Shown: piece by piece, positions 1 through 12,822 of the stretch | Layout of the letters: every line of letters starts with the position of its first letter | Numbering within the stretch: the first letter of the stretch is position 1 | Assembly (NCBI GenBank): GCA_050084515.1 | Contig: CM114271.1 | Coordinates: 20,026,001 to 20,090,000, forward strand | Length of the DNA: 64,000 bases | DNA from: Blasia pusilla | Lineage: Eukaryota | Direction of reading: 5' to 3' | The notes under the pieces: model-generated | Database searches by the model: none | What the model was told of the DNA's origin: nothing | What the model saw: only the letters and a program-made list of their open reading frames with translations | Translations under genes and position numbers: made by a program

Positions 1-2759
1 CTTTTTGTCACCATAAGTGCTTATATATGAGAATTTTCTACTTATGCCACCAAATAACAAGGATTTAGGGTTTAGGGTTTAGTGCCGTCTTTGTCCACAT
101 GGCGCTTCAAATAACAAGCGCTTAAAACTCATAAGTCACTAGCCCCTTTTATGAATAGTTGGAGACTTGCAAAGGGAAATAGACAAATCACTTGTTTATT
201 TATTAGTTTCGTGATGAGTTTCAACATTGGTAATGATGAGCTCTCTTCGAGAAGCCAAAGTGTTGGATGAATTCTTTGGTCCTTTTGGGATATTACTTTG
301 CATTGGAAAGGGTGATAAAACCCCAATCCTGGCCATGTGGACAAGGATGAATTCTCTCATGCACTCAATCAACTAAGGCCTTTTCGCGTCTAAACGCATA
401 ACCACAAAAGAAGTTACTCATTTACCTTATGATCGATGAATGAATTGTTTGTTTATGCATTTTTCAAAGGAAACTTGATTCGCTTCAATTTCCATGGCAA
501 TCTAGAGCACTCGTTGATCAAAGAGGCCTTTTTCTGGTTGAAAAAATGTGAATTTTTTTCGATTCCTCAAAACTTGGAAAAAAAAAATAGTGACTAATGT
601 CATAAATTAAAAAATTTGAATCATTCAAATCAAAGGGAGAATCATTGTATTCAACATTGTAAGAAAATGATCACATGAAAGGGGCCTTGTTCTTCCACAT
701 TGCAACATTCTATGAAAGATTTCCATTTGAGTCATAAGGAAGCCCTTTGAGTAGTGCTAACATGATTACTTAAAGTCTTGGATTCTCAATTCCTATGAAA
801 AAGGATAATAAAAATGTCTTATACTACCAAATAAGTACCTACTCAGGAATTTAGGCTTCTTATTAGTAATTTGGGATTATTGCAAAAAGTCTTCATCGTT
901 AAGAGAAGATTTTGCCCTCTTTCACTTGACATAAAGTTTTACCATTCGAATTTGATCTCAACATACGTCTTTATTGATTTTAATTGGTTGAAATTCTAGA
1001 GCATTTTTTGTGAAACCTTATGTCTTAAATGGATGATTTCTTATTGATTGAGATTTTTCAATGAAAGTTATTTTAGAGAGATTGCATGTTTATTCTACAT
1101 TTTTCCATATATATATATGAAATGTCATCTATAAAGGAAAGAAGAAAAGAGAAGATAGAAAAAAGGAAAAAAACCAAATTGAATTTAGTCTACTTAATTC
1201 AAATTGAAAACTAGTGAAACCTCTTCGAGCTATGGAATTGACATCTAGAAATGTACCGGACGAAAATACTCATGATTGATTGTCAATAAATTGATTGGCT
1301 TTTCAATACTTTTACTTATATAACATTGCTACAACTACTTGTTGCAATGCCATATATACACGGGATAATAGCACACGACTGTTAGATTTTGGATAAAAGA
1401 AAGAAAGAAAGAAAGAAATATTATTATATTATATGTAAAGACAAAGGTTTCACATATGACAATCATTCATTTTTTTAACTTAGCAAAATATCCAAATGGA
1501 AACATTTAAGGAAAAATTTCCGTCATCACAATTGTCTCACCAAAAATATCCAACCATAATTTTTTTTCACATAAATCACTATTTTTGAAAATCTCCTTAA
1601 TTTGAAAAGAATAAGAGTAGAGTTTCTTCGCCCAGAAGTTTTTCCTAGAAAAAAAATCTTTCCTATACACTTACTAGGACTTTTCTCCAAACACATTGAC
1701 TGAAAAATGAAATGAAAAATATTTGGAGACTGAAAACTGGTCTCCAAATATTTTTCATTTCATATTCATGGGTCTTTTTATTTCATTATCATTTTTGTAA
1801 CTTCATCCCTTAGACCAATTGTTTTCCAGCAAGTGTGGGATATATTGATATTCCAATCCATGGCATCCCATTTTAATTACTCCCATGATGTGCACCACTA
1901 GTAAAAGAGATTGAAAACACAAAATACCGAACCAAAATACAAGACATAGAAATAAACAAAAGAAATTGAAAACACAAATTGACGCATAGAAATCGGGACC
2001 AACGAAAACAACAAGAAACCCTAAAAGAAAGAACCCTCCGAATGTCCACACATACACACACGAAACGAAGGAAAGAAACTGAAAGCGCACCAATAGAAAC
2101 GGGACTGAAACAAAAGAAAAAAAAGTAGAAGAAGAAGAAGAAGAAGAATTAACAAACCCTTGAAACAATAGGGAACGAAAACAGTCGTCCGAATCTCCAT
2201 AGGGAGGAAAGTGCAGGAGTCCGGTCATGATGATCACGGGCACTGCCACTCCGAATCTCGGGTCATCCGCGCAAGTCAAGTCCACAGAAGTGGACTGAAG
2301 TGAGCGAGAGAGAGGGGGGGAGAAGGAGAAGGAGGAGCCCCACAGCTTTTGCGGGAGAGGGAGAGGGAGAAAGGACGAAGAAGAAGAGGAGGAAGGGAAG
2401 AGGTTTGGGAGAATTGGTAGTTTCTGCTGTTGGGAGGCGTGTGAGGTGCTCGGGCTGACGATGGAGTGGATGATAAGGTGCCTGCGGGTGCTCCGCAGAG
2501 GATGCAACATTTCGTGTTACCGTGCCCCTCCCCAGATTTGAGCGCCCGCCTCCTTCTGCTGCGCGCCTGCTGCTGCTGCTGCTGCCGCCGCGCGAAAACG
2601 CACGATTTCCTGTGCTGCCCCCCTCGCGCTGCGGGGCAAACGAAGGAGCTGTCTGTTTCTGTCGAGTCGAGGAACTCTCAGATTTGTGTTTGTGCGTGGG
2701 AGCTTCACGGGACGGGAGGTGGTCGAGGACTCGCCTTCAGCCACCGATCGAGAGTTTGT

Positions 2760-2790
<31 letters not shown>

Positions 2791-3186
2791 GAGGGAGATT
2801 GCGGTACTCGTCAATCCGGTTTTGGTTGGTGTTGGAGTGGCGAGGGCGGATGGGAGCGCTGGACTCGCCGATGCATCGCGTGGATGGTGAGGGAGAGCGC
2901 ACGCACGGGGAGTTGCTGTGAGAGGGTAGAGATCGGTGTGTCCGCGAAATCGCGGGGGTAGGAAGGGGGGCGCTGGGATGGGCGGAGAAAGGTTTATGCG
3001 ATCGGAACCGTCCAGCGAGCGTCGTCTGGAATTGGATTCGGCCGGCTCGTAGCAGCAGCGCGCAGATAGAGTGCGAGTCTTTCGTTCGCGAGCCTGCCGA
3101 GGAATGCTGCTCGCCGTCTCGTTCTCTTCGGGATTGCCTCCGCGGAGTTCGAGGTGTCGCTGGTCTCCGCGGAGTTTGTAGTTTTT

Positions 3187-3333
<147 letters not shown>

Positions 3334-3494
3334 TTACTGTTGTTGCAAAAGTAGGGAAGGAATGAATGCTCACAGGAGGAGGCGTCATCACGATCGTGAT
3401 AACGCTTCGACCAGTAGAGGTCTTCATCGGCCTTGACCCTTAGTCTGGGTAGCGGCCCAGCCCCCTGTGAGAGCCTCTAGGATCATAGGATACA

Positions 3495-5564
3495 ATGGGG
3501 CTGGACAGTGTAGGACGATCCGTAGTGAATTCAGCCGATGCTGCCGGGTATATGGTCGACGTGAGGAGCTCCCTGGTGCAAACTCTGGGGAAGGCCAAAG
3601 AGATGGCCTTGTCCATCGACAAATCCCATCACAGACTCCAGCACATCGTAGACAGTCTGCCTGCTCTGGAAGCGGCCATGAAACCGCTGCAGGCCCAAAC
3701 CCTCCTGGTGACAGCCCTCGGAGTGAAAATCAATCGGGCCGTGGAGCCTGCCGAGAAGGTTCTCGAGACATTTGAGGTCGTCCACGGCCTAGAGCGCGTT
3801 CTCAAGGGCGATCCACCGACGGATTTCTCGGAGTATCTGGCATCTTTGTCTCAACTGGAAGAAGCCATCGACTACCTGTCCCGCAACTGCGTGAACGCAG
3901 TCCAATCGATAAACGACGCTGTGACTTTTCTGGCCAACAGCAAAATAGCCGACAAATACCGAATGTACAGATTAAATGAAAGACTAGCCAGTGTGTTACA
4001 GGATCTTAAGAAGGTGGAAGGAGATGCGTATGATATGGGTCTTCTCAAGATCGCCCTCACCAAGCTCGAGTCGGAATTCAAGAGGATCTTGCAGGCGAAC
4101 ACGACGCCCGTGAACTTGCCCGATGTCGTCCCGGTGGAAGAGCCGCCGCCGGATCCCCCCCGTGACGAAGAACCCGGCTCGCAGCGGAACGTCATTCCCA
4201 TTCTTCCTCCGCAGGCATCCGATCAGCTGCAGACGATCGTCGAAAGGCTGAATTTCCACTCGTGCGCGGACAATGCCATGGAGATCTACAGGGACTCGCG
4301 GTTGGTGGCAGTGAAAGAGAGCTTGCGTAGTTTACAGCCGGATTATTTGGAGTACTCGACCTCGGAAAAGATCGACAAGCTGGCGTGGGAGGATCTCGAG
4401 GGTATGATAGGCTTCTGGGTTCAGCACATCGGAGTAGCTTGTAAAATATTGTTCAAAAGTGAGCGTAGAGTATTCGCCAGAGTTTTCAGCTCGGTCGAGA
4501 AAGGCAGGTGGATTGTGTGTTGGGGGAAATTGGCTCAAGCGGGTTTCCGTCCGTTTCTAGCAGTCGGAGAAAGCGTGGTGCAGAGTGAGGCGGCTCCGGC
4601 GAAGCTGTTCAAACTGCTGGATATGTATGAAGCCATGGAGGATCTGTTGCCCAGCATTTTTGAGGTGTTCGAGGGTGCGGATTCGGGCTGTGGAGAAATC
4701 AGGGTTCGGGCCAGAGAACTGCAAAAGAAGATCGTGCACAGAGCGAGCGCGACCTTTCTCCGGTTCGGACGAGATGTCGAGAACGGCAGCGGCGATTCCC
4801 CTGTCACCGGAGAACGCTCGCGTCTGTGCAGCTATGTGGTCAATTACCTCAAGTATTTGGTGAGCGACTTCTACGGACCGATCATGTCAAAAGTAATGAG
4901 GATCCAGCAGAACAGCGACGCGAAAGAGGAAGCAGCACAAATAGACGACTCATGCCTCGCGCGAGGGCTTGTACTGATGATGGAATCGCTGGAGCGGCAC
5001 CTGTTGAAACAGGCCAAGGCCTACGAAGACACTTCTCTCGGTCACATTTTCATGATGAACAATCTGTGGTATATCGTGAGCCGTGCAAGGGAATGTGAGC
5101 TTGGACCTCTGCTGGGCGATACCTGGATCAAGGACATCACGGTGAAGGTGAAGCAGCACACTCTCGATTATCAGAGGCAAACGTGGGGCAAAATATTGGC
5201 CCATCTTACCAGAGATGGACTCAACGTATCCAGTGGGGGAAGGGGAGCTGTGCGTGATCTTGCACGCCAAAGATTGAAGAACTTCACATCCAGTTTCGAA
5301 GAGACCTTACAGAAGCATCTCAGGTGGTGCATAACGGAAAACGAACTGAGAGAAGGGACCGTTTTTGCAGTAATGCAGGCTGTGGTTCCTGCTTACCGAA
5401 GCTATACTCAGACGTACAGGGGCCTGCTGGATGGAGGCAACAGCGTCAAATATATGAAGTATTCGCCAGAAGAAATAGAGCAAAAGATAGAGAATTTATT
5501 CACGCCTAGAGTTCAGGATAATAGACGCAACGGAACAACTGGTAATCCTCAACCTTCAACCTAA
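3495..5564 (+). CDS. EXO70: Exocyst subunit Exo70 family protein, Exo70.3 (G/I-like) clade; single exon, 689 aa
   Basis: Uninterrupted 689-aa ORF. Exo70 C-terminal motifs include KLFKLLDMYE, LCSYVVNYLKYL, HIFMMNNLWY, QRLKNFTSSFEE, WCITENELRE and VVPAYRSY. The N-terminal INRAVEPA...VHGLE...DP...YL...LEEAI segment resembles the Exo70G/I clade. Confidence 0.93.
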   Translation: MGLDSVGRSVVNSADAAGYMVDVRSSLVQTLGKAKEMALSIDKSHHRLQHIVDSLPALEAAMKPLQAQTLLVTALGVKINRAVEPAEKVLETFEVVHGLERVLKGDPPTDFSEYLASLSQLEEAIDYLSRNCVNAVQSINDAVTFLANSKIADKYRMYRLNERLASVLQDLKKVEGDAYDMGLLKIALTKLESEFKRILQANTTPVNLPDVVPVEEPPPDPPRDEEPGSQRNVIPILPPQASDQLQTIVERLNFHSCADNAMEIYRDSRLVAVKESLRSLQPDYLEYSTSEKIDKLAWEDLEGMIGFWVQHIGVACKILFKSERRVFARVFSSVEKGRWIVCWGKLAQAGFRPFLAVGESVVQSEAAPAKLFKLLDMYEAMEDLLPSIFEVFEGADSGCGEIRVRARELQKKIVHRASATFLRFGRDVENGSGDSPVTGERSRLCSYVVNYLKYLVSDFYGPIMSKVMRIQQNSDAKEEAAQIDDSCLARGLVLMMESLERHLLKQAKAYEDTSLGHIFMMNNLWYIVSRARECELGPLLGDTWIKDITVKVKQHTLDYQRQTWGKILAHLTRDGLNVSSGGRGAVRDLARQRLKNFTSSFEETLQKHLRWCITENELREGTVFAVMQAVVPAYRSYTQTYRGLLDGGNSVKYMKYSPEEIEQKIENLFTPRVQDNRRNGTTGNPQPST

Positions 5565-6611
5565 TGCTACCTACTCTTGCCATGAATTGATTTGCTGTCT
5601 TCGACCTTCTCCCAGTGTCTGCATTAATGCCTACACTTGCTCTGTGGATCCAAGTTTCACTGTCCGAAATACATGCATTTGCAGCCCGAATGAGGATCAC
5701 GATTTACTGTTTATGCATTCCATTGTCTTGTTCGCTTGTGGATTTTGTGACAGTGATCCCTCATGAAAATACCGTCATGCAGACTATTGCATACCACAGC
5801 TGGATTGAAACTTTAACTGTACCTGTTGCTCTCGATGTAATTTCCTGTTCCCACAATGTCTGCTTTGGTTGATTATTTATAAGCGTTTACCTGTCGCTGC
5901 TTTCTTGCTCTCTCTGAAAGTGTCTTGCTTCGTCCTCCCAGGACATGGGCCCTAAGGTCTCGAGATGTGGCAGGCAGTTCCAATGAGTGATAATCTTTAT
6001 GTAAGTGGCTCACTTGAAATGTAAACTCTAAAAGACCTTACATGGCACCATGGGGCAAGAATGGAAGCAGACTCTCCCAGAGACACAGCGAGCACTCCAA
6101 CTGCAAGAAACATCATATGTGAAGAAACACCTATGAGATGGATTTCTGATTGACAATTTGGTGAAACAGATTGGATAGTTAGAACTGGTGCACCACTGTC
6201 CCATGATGTCCTGCTGGTGAGTAAGATGGTGTGGATCGCAAACTGGTGTAGGCCAACAGCCTTATTAATTCTACATGAATCCTGAATGGAATCCACGGCG
6301 CCCACAAAATGCTACAAACTCAGACAGATTCCCTACCTCAGCAGCAGGGTAGTCCAGCATACAAATGCCTTAGTAGCATCAAACAGCACGGTGTTTAGGT
6401 TTTTCCTCAATTGGATCTTGGCATCTAGTAGTGTAGCCACAGAGTATCCTGTTTACAAAGTTTACAAATTATCCTGTTTTTGCTTAAAATTGGAATCCCT
6501 CCCTAGCTTTACCTGTAAATAAAGGAAATGGTGACTGGAAATGTCCTGTAGCCCTTTGGCTTTGTAGATGATCAAATTTCTCCAAGTGGATTGAATTCTC
6601 TCACTTGCTCA

Positions 6612-6613
<2 letters not shown>

Positions 6614-6669
<56 letters not shown>

Positions 6670-6729
6670 CAACCACCGGGGCACGGGGTCTATGGTCGCA
6701 AGGCTACGACAGGCACTACTTAATGAGTA

Positions 6730-6778
<49 letters not shown>

Positions 6779-7038
6779 CGGCCCATCTTTCACGGTCCAA
6801 CCAGGGTGTGGGGCCTATGGTCGCAAGGCTACAACAGGCACTACCTAATGAGTACAGTCTCACTGGCCCATCTATCATAGCACCATCCAACCCGGGTGTG
6901 GGGTCTATGGTCTCAGTTGGCTCTCTCTCTCATATGGTACCTTCTTCACTTCTTCCTCTCTCTACACTCATCCCAGTTCCAAGCACCATCCAACCAGGGT
7001 GCGGGGTCGCAAGCTACTACAGGCACTACTTAATGAGT

Positions 7039-7111
<73 letters not shown>

Positions 7112-7340
7112 GCACCGACCAACCAGGTTGCGGGGTCTATGGTCACAAGGCGACGACAGCACTACTTAATGAGTACAGTCTCTCACTCACCCATCAAATG
7201 GTACCCTCTGCATTTCTTACTCTGTGTGCATCCATTACTGCAGGGTCTATGAAGGAATGAATTAGTTCATTCCTACATTCTCTGTCCAAAGAATCTATGA
7301 TCTCACTGCTACAACAGGCCATACTGAATGAGTATAGTCT
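6614..7340. repeat. Compound repeat: ~55-60 bp unit (GGGGTCTATGGTCGCAAGGCTACRACAGGCACTACTTAATGAGTACA-like) interleaved with (CT)n tracts
   Basis: Unit recurs near 6685, 6810, 6895 (partial), 7000, 7130 and 7307 (partial). CT runs lie at about 6614-6666, 6732-6773 and 7043-7108. Confidence 0.85.
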
Positions 7341-8405
7341 CTGTCAAGTCCCGTGCCAGCTTCTCCATTAACAGCCAAGATGGGTGCACGGTAAGACAAA
7401 GTTGAAATGACGGAGCAGCTCCAGGAACTGCCTCCCCACTTATCATCCCAAAGGCTGGATGGAGGTGACAGCGACGCAGAAGAGACTGGTGAAGCAAGCA
7501 AAAATTATGGAATGGAAAGCTTCAGCAGCTTGTAAACCCTCCTAGTGGACCTGACTTGTGGGAGCAAGAGAGGATGGCTTTTGTGACTGTAGTAAACAAA
7601 GCGATGGAAGGAATGTCACAGAAGCACAGTATCGACGGAGTCACCAAGAAATCAAACCCTTCTTCACTCGCTGCATCTCCCAAGCAAGGAGGCCTCAAGA
7701 TCTGTCTTAAGGGAGCTTGCTCTTTGGATACATCACTGATGTACAAGATCAGGTCTCGGGCTGTTTGCCTGAACCATAGAAGTAGGACGGGAATGCAATC
7801 AAAATCCTCCACTGTCTGAAAATGCGGATGAGACTGCAGCCAACTCACACTGCCTGCTCACGCGCAAAAATTTCAATTGGGAAGAACTGCACTTCATTCC
7901 GAAATTGCTGGCCTTGTCTCCACCAGAGCTCTTCTCCTCTTCTACAGTAAATTGGATAAATCGCCTACAGCTTTTACACTCACTGGTAGATCTTATGAGG
8001 TCTTAGTTAAGATTTGTCCAATTGCGATGTGAAAAAAATACTTCGGCTTAAACCTGAAAGCTCAGCACTAACACCCTGTTTGGTATAGGTCACAGTATAT
8101 GATAGAGCCTCTCATTCACCACTTTTTTCTCTGTTTCATCATTCTGCACCCATCCCATTTAGTAGCACTATTCAACCAGGGGAAGGAATCTATGGTCAAA
8201 CAAGGCAGCTACGTCGTTAGCCCAGTCTCCTGTGATAGATCTCAGGCAAGCCTATGAGATCATCTCTAATAGTATAGTCAGATTTGTGCACCTATTTGCT
8301 TCTGTACCTGTAGCTTCATCTTAGCTGTTGAGAGCTGTGCCTCGCTCACATGGATCCAGTCAGATGTGAAGCTGTTTAATTTATGGTACAAAGCACTCAA
8401 TGGTT

Positions 8406-8790
8406 GTCTTCTCACATTGATCTTGAGCATTAGTGTACAGATTCGTTCGGTCTTTCAGCTGCCTACACCAAGGCAGGTGAGACTCCCAGTCCTGCATTCG
8501 AAGGAAGTCCGAATGACATTTGGGAATGGTGCCTCTTTTCTCGTGTGTACTGACCAGTATGAAGCATCACTGCTGAACCCCTAAATGCTTGGCTTCTCAC
8601 CTTGATTATGATCATTAGTGTACAAATTCATTCGGTCTTCCTCCTGTCTATACCGAGGCAGGTGGGACTCGGCCAGTCCTGGGTTCGAATGAAGTCCGAC
8701 TGACATTTGGGAGTGGTGCCTCTTTTCCCGTGTGTACTGACCCACCAGTGTGAAGCATCACTAGGAGCATGCATCACTGATGAACCCCTG
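8406..8790. repeat. Diverged tandem duplication, ~185 bp unit x2
   Basis: CATTAGTGTACA...GGCAGGTG...GAAGTCCGA...TGACATTTGGGA...GGTGCCTCTTTT...GTGTGTACTGA...GAAGCATCAC appears twice in succession. Confidence 0.85.
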
Positions 8791-9407
8791 AATCCGACTG
8801 TCAGTAGTTGTACAGCCCCGCTAGGAGCCATGGACACCGTCATCTCACGCAGACATGGAGCTTGGTCATTTCGAAGCAAGGTTCTTGGCCATTAGTGGCG
8901 TCGAAGCTCCTTAGCAGAAGTTCTGTTGCTTGCGATCGGATTGACTATTGCCAGCAGCTAGGGCCCGGGCTGTTTGACTAACTCCTGCTGTGGAGGGATT
9001 TTTGAGGACGGCAGTCGTTGCTTCTGGGGAATGTGCAGTTCATGTCGTATTCCACACGTCCACGGAATGATGAGTCGCTCCTGTGTTCGTGCTCGTCACG
9101 AGTTTTGATAGGGCAGGCCTCTGTAGTTGTGTTTCTGCAAGAATTTTTCAATCCCAATGCTTGAGGGTTCTGAATTTGACTTTCTTCTTAGAAGGTGCAT
9201 CGGTTGCACCACAGAACCCATTTCAATCATGACATTGCAGAGTCTCGAGATCGTCTACAGCAAAGTAGAATCGCTGTGACTGGTGTGTCGCGGGAATTTA
9301 CCTCTGGCAATTGTGGAAGTTCCTGGATTTGATTCCTCCCTCATCCAGTCGCTCCTTCACTACTGCATATGAATCTTTGTGGGGGTTCATCGGTTGGATT
9401 GAATGTT

Positions 9408-9472
9408 TGGCGTGGCGTGGCGTGGCGATGCGAGGCGAGGCAAGGCGTGGTGTGGTGTGGTGTGGTGTGGCG
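9408..9472. repeat. (GTGGC/GTGGT/GAGGC)n pentanucleotide repeat
   Basis: Direct reading of the sequence. Confidence 0.85.
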
Positions 9473-10682
9473 TCTTGTTCTGCAAGCTCTTTCTTCACTA
9501 AGACTTTCTTTCTTTCTTTTACTACATGTGTACTAGTCAAAGGGCAGAGAATCCGTGGCTTCATCTTCTGCAAATGGTTGCGTAGAGTCCTTGCCTGTGT
9601 CTGAGCAGCGGGGATGAGAGCCGGCTACGAATTTGTCCTCCGATTTTCAGGCCCAGGTCCCATGGAGCTCCATGCGTCGGTCGGCGTAGTACTCTCCTCA
9701 TCTGGAGTCTCCCGATATGAAGACTACCTCCCCAACCTCCCCCGCATCAGGAGAGGTGGCTGTGCGCGGTGGAAATCGCCGTGGATTTCCACAGGGCATA
9801 GCGGCGCTCCAGCCGGGAACGGGACCGAATCCTGTCAGTGCGAGGATCCCAAAAAGAACTTCTCCTTCTGCTGTTCGCTCGCCAATTCCCTTCTCTGGAT
9901 GCTTTCGGCTGAGATTCCTGATTTCTTTAGGATTGGACGGATGGACCTCGTCCTCGGCTCTCGCTTGCTTGATTGCTTGCTTGCATGCGAGGAACGGAGA
10001 GAAAGTGGAGGTGTTCCCCCCCCCCATCCCTCCCTCTCTCTCCGGCCCAATGTTAGCGCGACGACATTCTCTACGCCGGAGGGGCGTCGAGAATGTCGTG
10101 GGGTTCCAGCGCGCACGGGGGAGGGGGCGCCGTTTCCATCAGCACGAATCCGCTCGTCCTCCATTCTTGCTTGCCGCCATGGATGGTAGCGCCATGTAAT
10201 CCGCCCGCTCTGCAATACAGATGTGAAGAACTCGCAGTCTCTGGCGCCGACCTCCGCGTGTGCATTGCACTCCCTTTGCTTTGTTTTTGCGTCCCTTCTA
10301 TTTCTGCTCTCCATCGCGATTTTCTGTGCACACCCCACCCCTTCCATTCCTGCTCTCAATCCGGAATTCCCGTGCCGCTTCCATTTCCGCTCTCGCTCGC
10401 GAATTTCTGTCTGCCTGTGTCTCGTTCCGCCGTCGGTCTCGATTTCCGTGTCAATTGCTTTTGCTTTCTTGCGCACGCCGCGTCCTCACCATCCCGTTCG
10501 CTCGCTCGCCTCAGCGGTCGAGTGGTGGAAGGCCATTTCTATGTGGGGATGGCGGTCTCTGCTCCGATTCGCGAGCGGTGAGAAGCGGAAAGGAAAGCGT
10601 TGCGATGGGAGCGAAGTGGAGGGAGGAGGAAGGAATGAAGGCTCGTGGGCGGTCGTATATAGTATTAGCATTATTATTGTTA

Positions 10683-11810
10683 TTATTATGCTTTCCTTGC
10701 GAGTTCTGTTGGGGGCTTATTATGCTTTGCTTGTGGGTTCAGATGGGGCTTATTATGTTTTTCTTGTGAGTTTCTTGGGGGCTTATTATGCTTTGCTTGT
10801 GGGTTCTGTTGGGGTCTTATTATGCTCTGCTTGTGAGTTTCTTGGGGGCTTATAGTGCTTTGGCTGTGGGTTCTGTTAGGGGCTTATTATGCTCTGCCTG
10901 TGAGTTTCTTGGGGTCTTATAACGCTTTGCTTGTGGGTTCTGTTGGGGGCTTATTATGATCCAAAGGCTTGTGGGTTGACATGGGGGCGGATTATGCTTT
11001 GTTTGAGTTTCTTGGGGGCTTGTTATGCCTTGCTTGTGAGTTTCTTGGGGGCTTATTATGTTTAAAAGGCTTGTAGGTTGACATGGGGCGAATTATGCTT
11101 TGTTTGAGTTTATGGGGGGCTTGTTATGCCTTGCTTGAGGGTTGGATTAGGGGAGTATTTTGCTTTGCTTGTGAGTTCTTAAGGGGGCTTATTTTGCTTT
11201 GCTTGGGGATTTTGTTTTTTTTGTTTTGCTTTGCTAGTGAGTTCTGTTGGAGGCTTATTACGATTTGTTTGTGGGTTCTATATGGGGGGTTTATGATGCT
11301 TTGCTTGTCAAACTTATCCCTTTTGAATTCTATTGGGGGTTTAGTTTAGTCTCCTTATGAGTTCTATAAGAGGATTATAATGGTTTGCTTGTCGGTTCTA
11401 TTGGGTGTTTATTATGCTTTGCTTGTGAGCTCTATTGGCGGCTTATTATGGTTTGTGTGTGGGTTCTATATATAGGGGGTTCATTATGCTTTGCTCTTGG
11501 GTTTGATAAGGGGTTTATTGTGCTTAGCTTGTCGGTTCTATAGGATGTTTTAATGCTTTGCTTGTGATTTCTTAAGGGGTATTATTAGGCTCGCTTTGTG
11601 AGTTATGTTGGGAGATTATATGTGCGTCCTATAGGGGGCTTATTATACTATGCGTTCAAGTTCTAGTGGTCATTCATTTTACTGTGCGTGTGAGTATTGG
11701 GGATTCATTATGCTTTGCTTGTGACTTCTATAGGGGGTTTATTTTGCTTTGCTAATGAGTTCTGGATGTGGCTTATTTTGCTTTGCTTGTGAGTTCTATA
11801 TGGGGCCATG
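10683..11810. repeat. Minisatellite, ~33-37 bp unit (GGGGCTTATTATGCTTTGCTTGTGRGTTYYT...), degrading rightwards
   Basis: Many tandem copies of the GGGGCTTATTATGCTTTGCTTGTG core. Confidence 0.92.
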
Positions 11811-12646
11811 CCTTGGGGGCCATAGTGGCTATTGGATATCGCATTTGTTGCTCTACTAATCCAACCGGATTTTTTTATATAATTTTGGATGCATAGAAGT
11901 GGGGTTTTGTTTTGACAAATTTCATGCTTGGGCTAAATTTTCTATGTTTTCTCCTTTTTTTGGGTGCATTTGTATATGCTTTTTCTAAGCAAAGGAGTTG
12001 GGCCATGGGCTTGCTTAAAAAAAATACTTGGAAATTTCAAGTTTTTTTGAAATGCATCAACTATACTCGCGAGCAATCAGCCCACCAAACTGAAGTCTTT
12101 GCTTGATTCCTGAATTTGTTTTCTCATTTCTCTCTCCCTCTTATGTTGAAGAGTAGTTTTGCCCCCATGTGAGAAGGTTATAATCAAAATATACAGAACT
12201 TCCTTGTTTTGTAAAGATAGGGGTGTTGAGTGGTGTAGCTTGGCGTGAAGATCTATGGTTGAGAGTTTAGAGCTCTAGTACATGTGGAATGTTAGGAGAT
12301 GGAGCAAGAACAAAAGTAGGGGCTGGAATCAAACCCTTCAAGGAAAAAAATAAAAAATCTCTTCTTTCAAAAAATATCAAGTTCTTTTTCACTCCTTTAA
12401 TATAAAAGTGAAACACCTCGTCATGAACTTCTTATGAATCCTAAGACACATCATAAGACGAAACTTCAACATTTGAAATGCTAGCCCAAATAAGATAATA
12501 GACAAGGGACTAATACCCATTTTGAAATTAAATGAGTGAAAGGTCACGAACAAAAAAAGCAAGTGCATCTATTTTGGTACACAAAGAGAACAATCATCGG
12601 AGTGCCAAGTAGAGTTAATGTGAAGACCACAACAAATACAAAATGC

Positions 12647-12822
12647 AATAAACCATTTTGACAATATGTTGAAAGCCCATCCACATGACAAAGGGATACC
12701 TCCAACATATATAAGGAGGATACTCAATTTATCGTAATAAACCATCTTGACAATATGTTGAAAGCCCATCCACGTGACAAAGGGATACCTCCAACATATA
12801 AGGAGGACACTCTGTTTATCAA
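12647..12822. repeat. Tandem duplication, ~88 bp x2
   Basis: AATAAACCAT.TTGACAATATGTTGAAAGCCCATCCAC...GGGATACCTCCAACATAT...AGGAGGA appears twice. Confidence 0.9.

Noticed and set aside
64-82. TTTAGGG x2.7 telomere-like motif
   Set aside because: Too short to call an interstitial telomere. Such telo-box-like motifs are common.
1803-2961. Several 60-235 aa ORFs upstream of Exo70
   Set aside because: Low-complexity translations of UTR- or promoter-like DNA with no recognisable domain.
6691-6705. TATGGTCGCAAGGCT matches a conserved 18S rRNA stretch; considered an rRNA fragment or snoRNA guide
   Set aside because: Similarity stops after about 15 nt, and no adjacent D box (CTGA) lies on the antisense strand.
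6614-7340. CRISPR-like repeat-spacer appearance (also 52828-54182)
   Set aside because: Eukaryotic context, degenerate repeats, irregular or microsatellite spacers, and no cas genes.
9614-10855. Overlapping 100-213 aa ORFs on both strands
   Set aside because: Expected in GC-rich DNA. No domain motif or convincing splice path was found.
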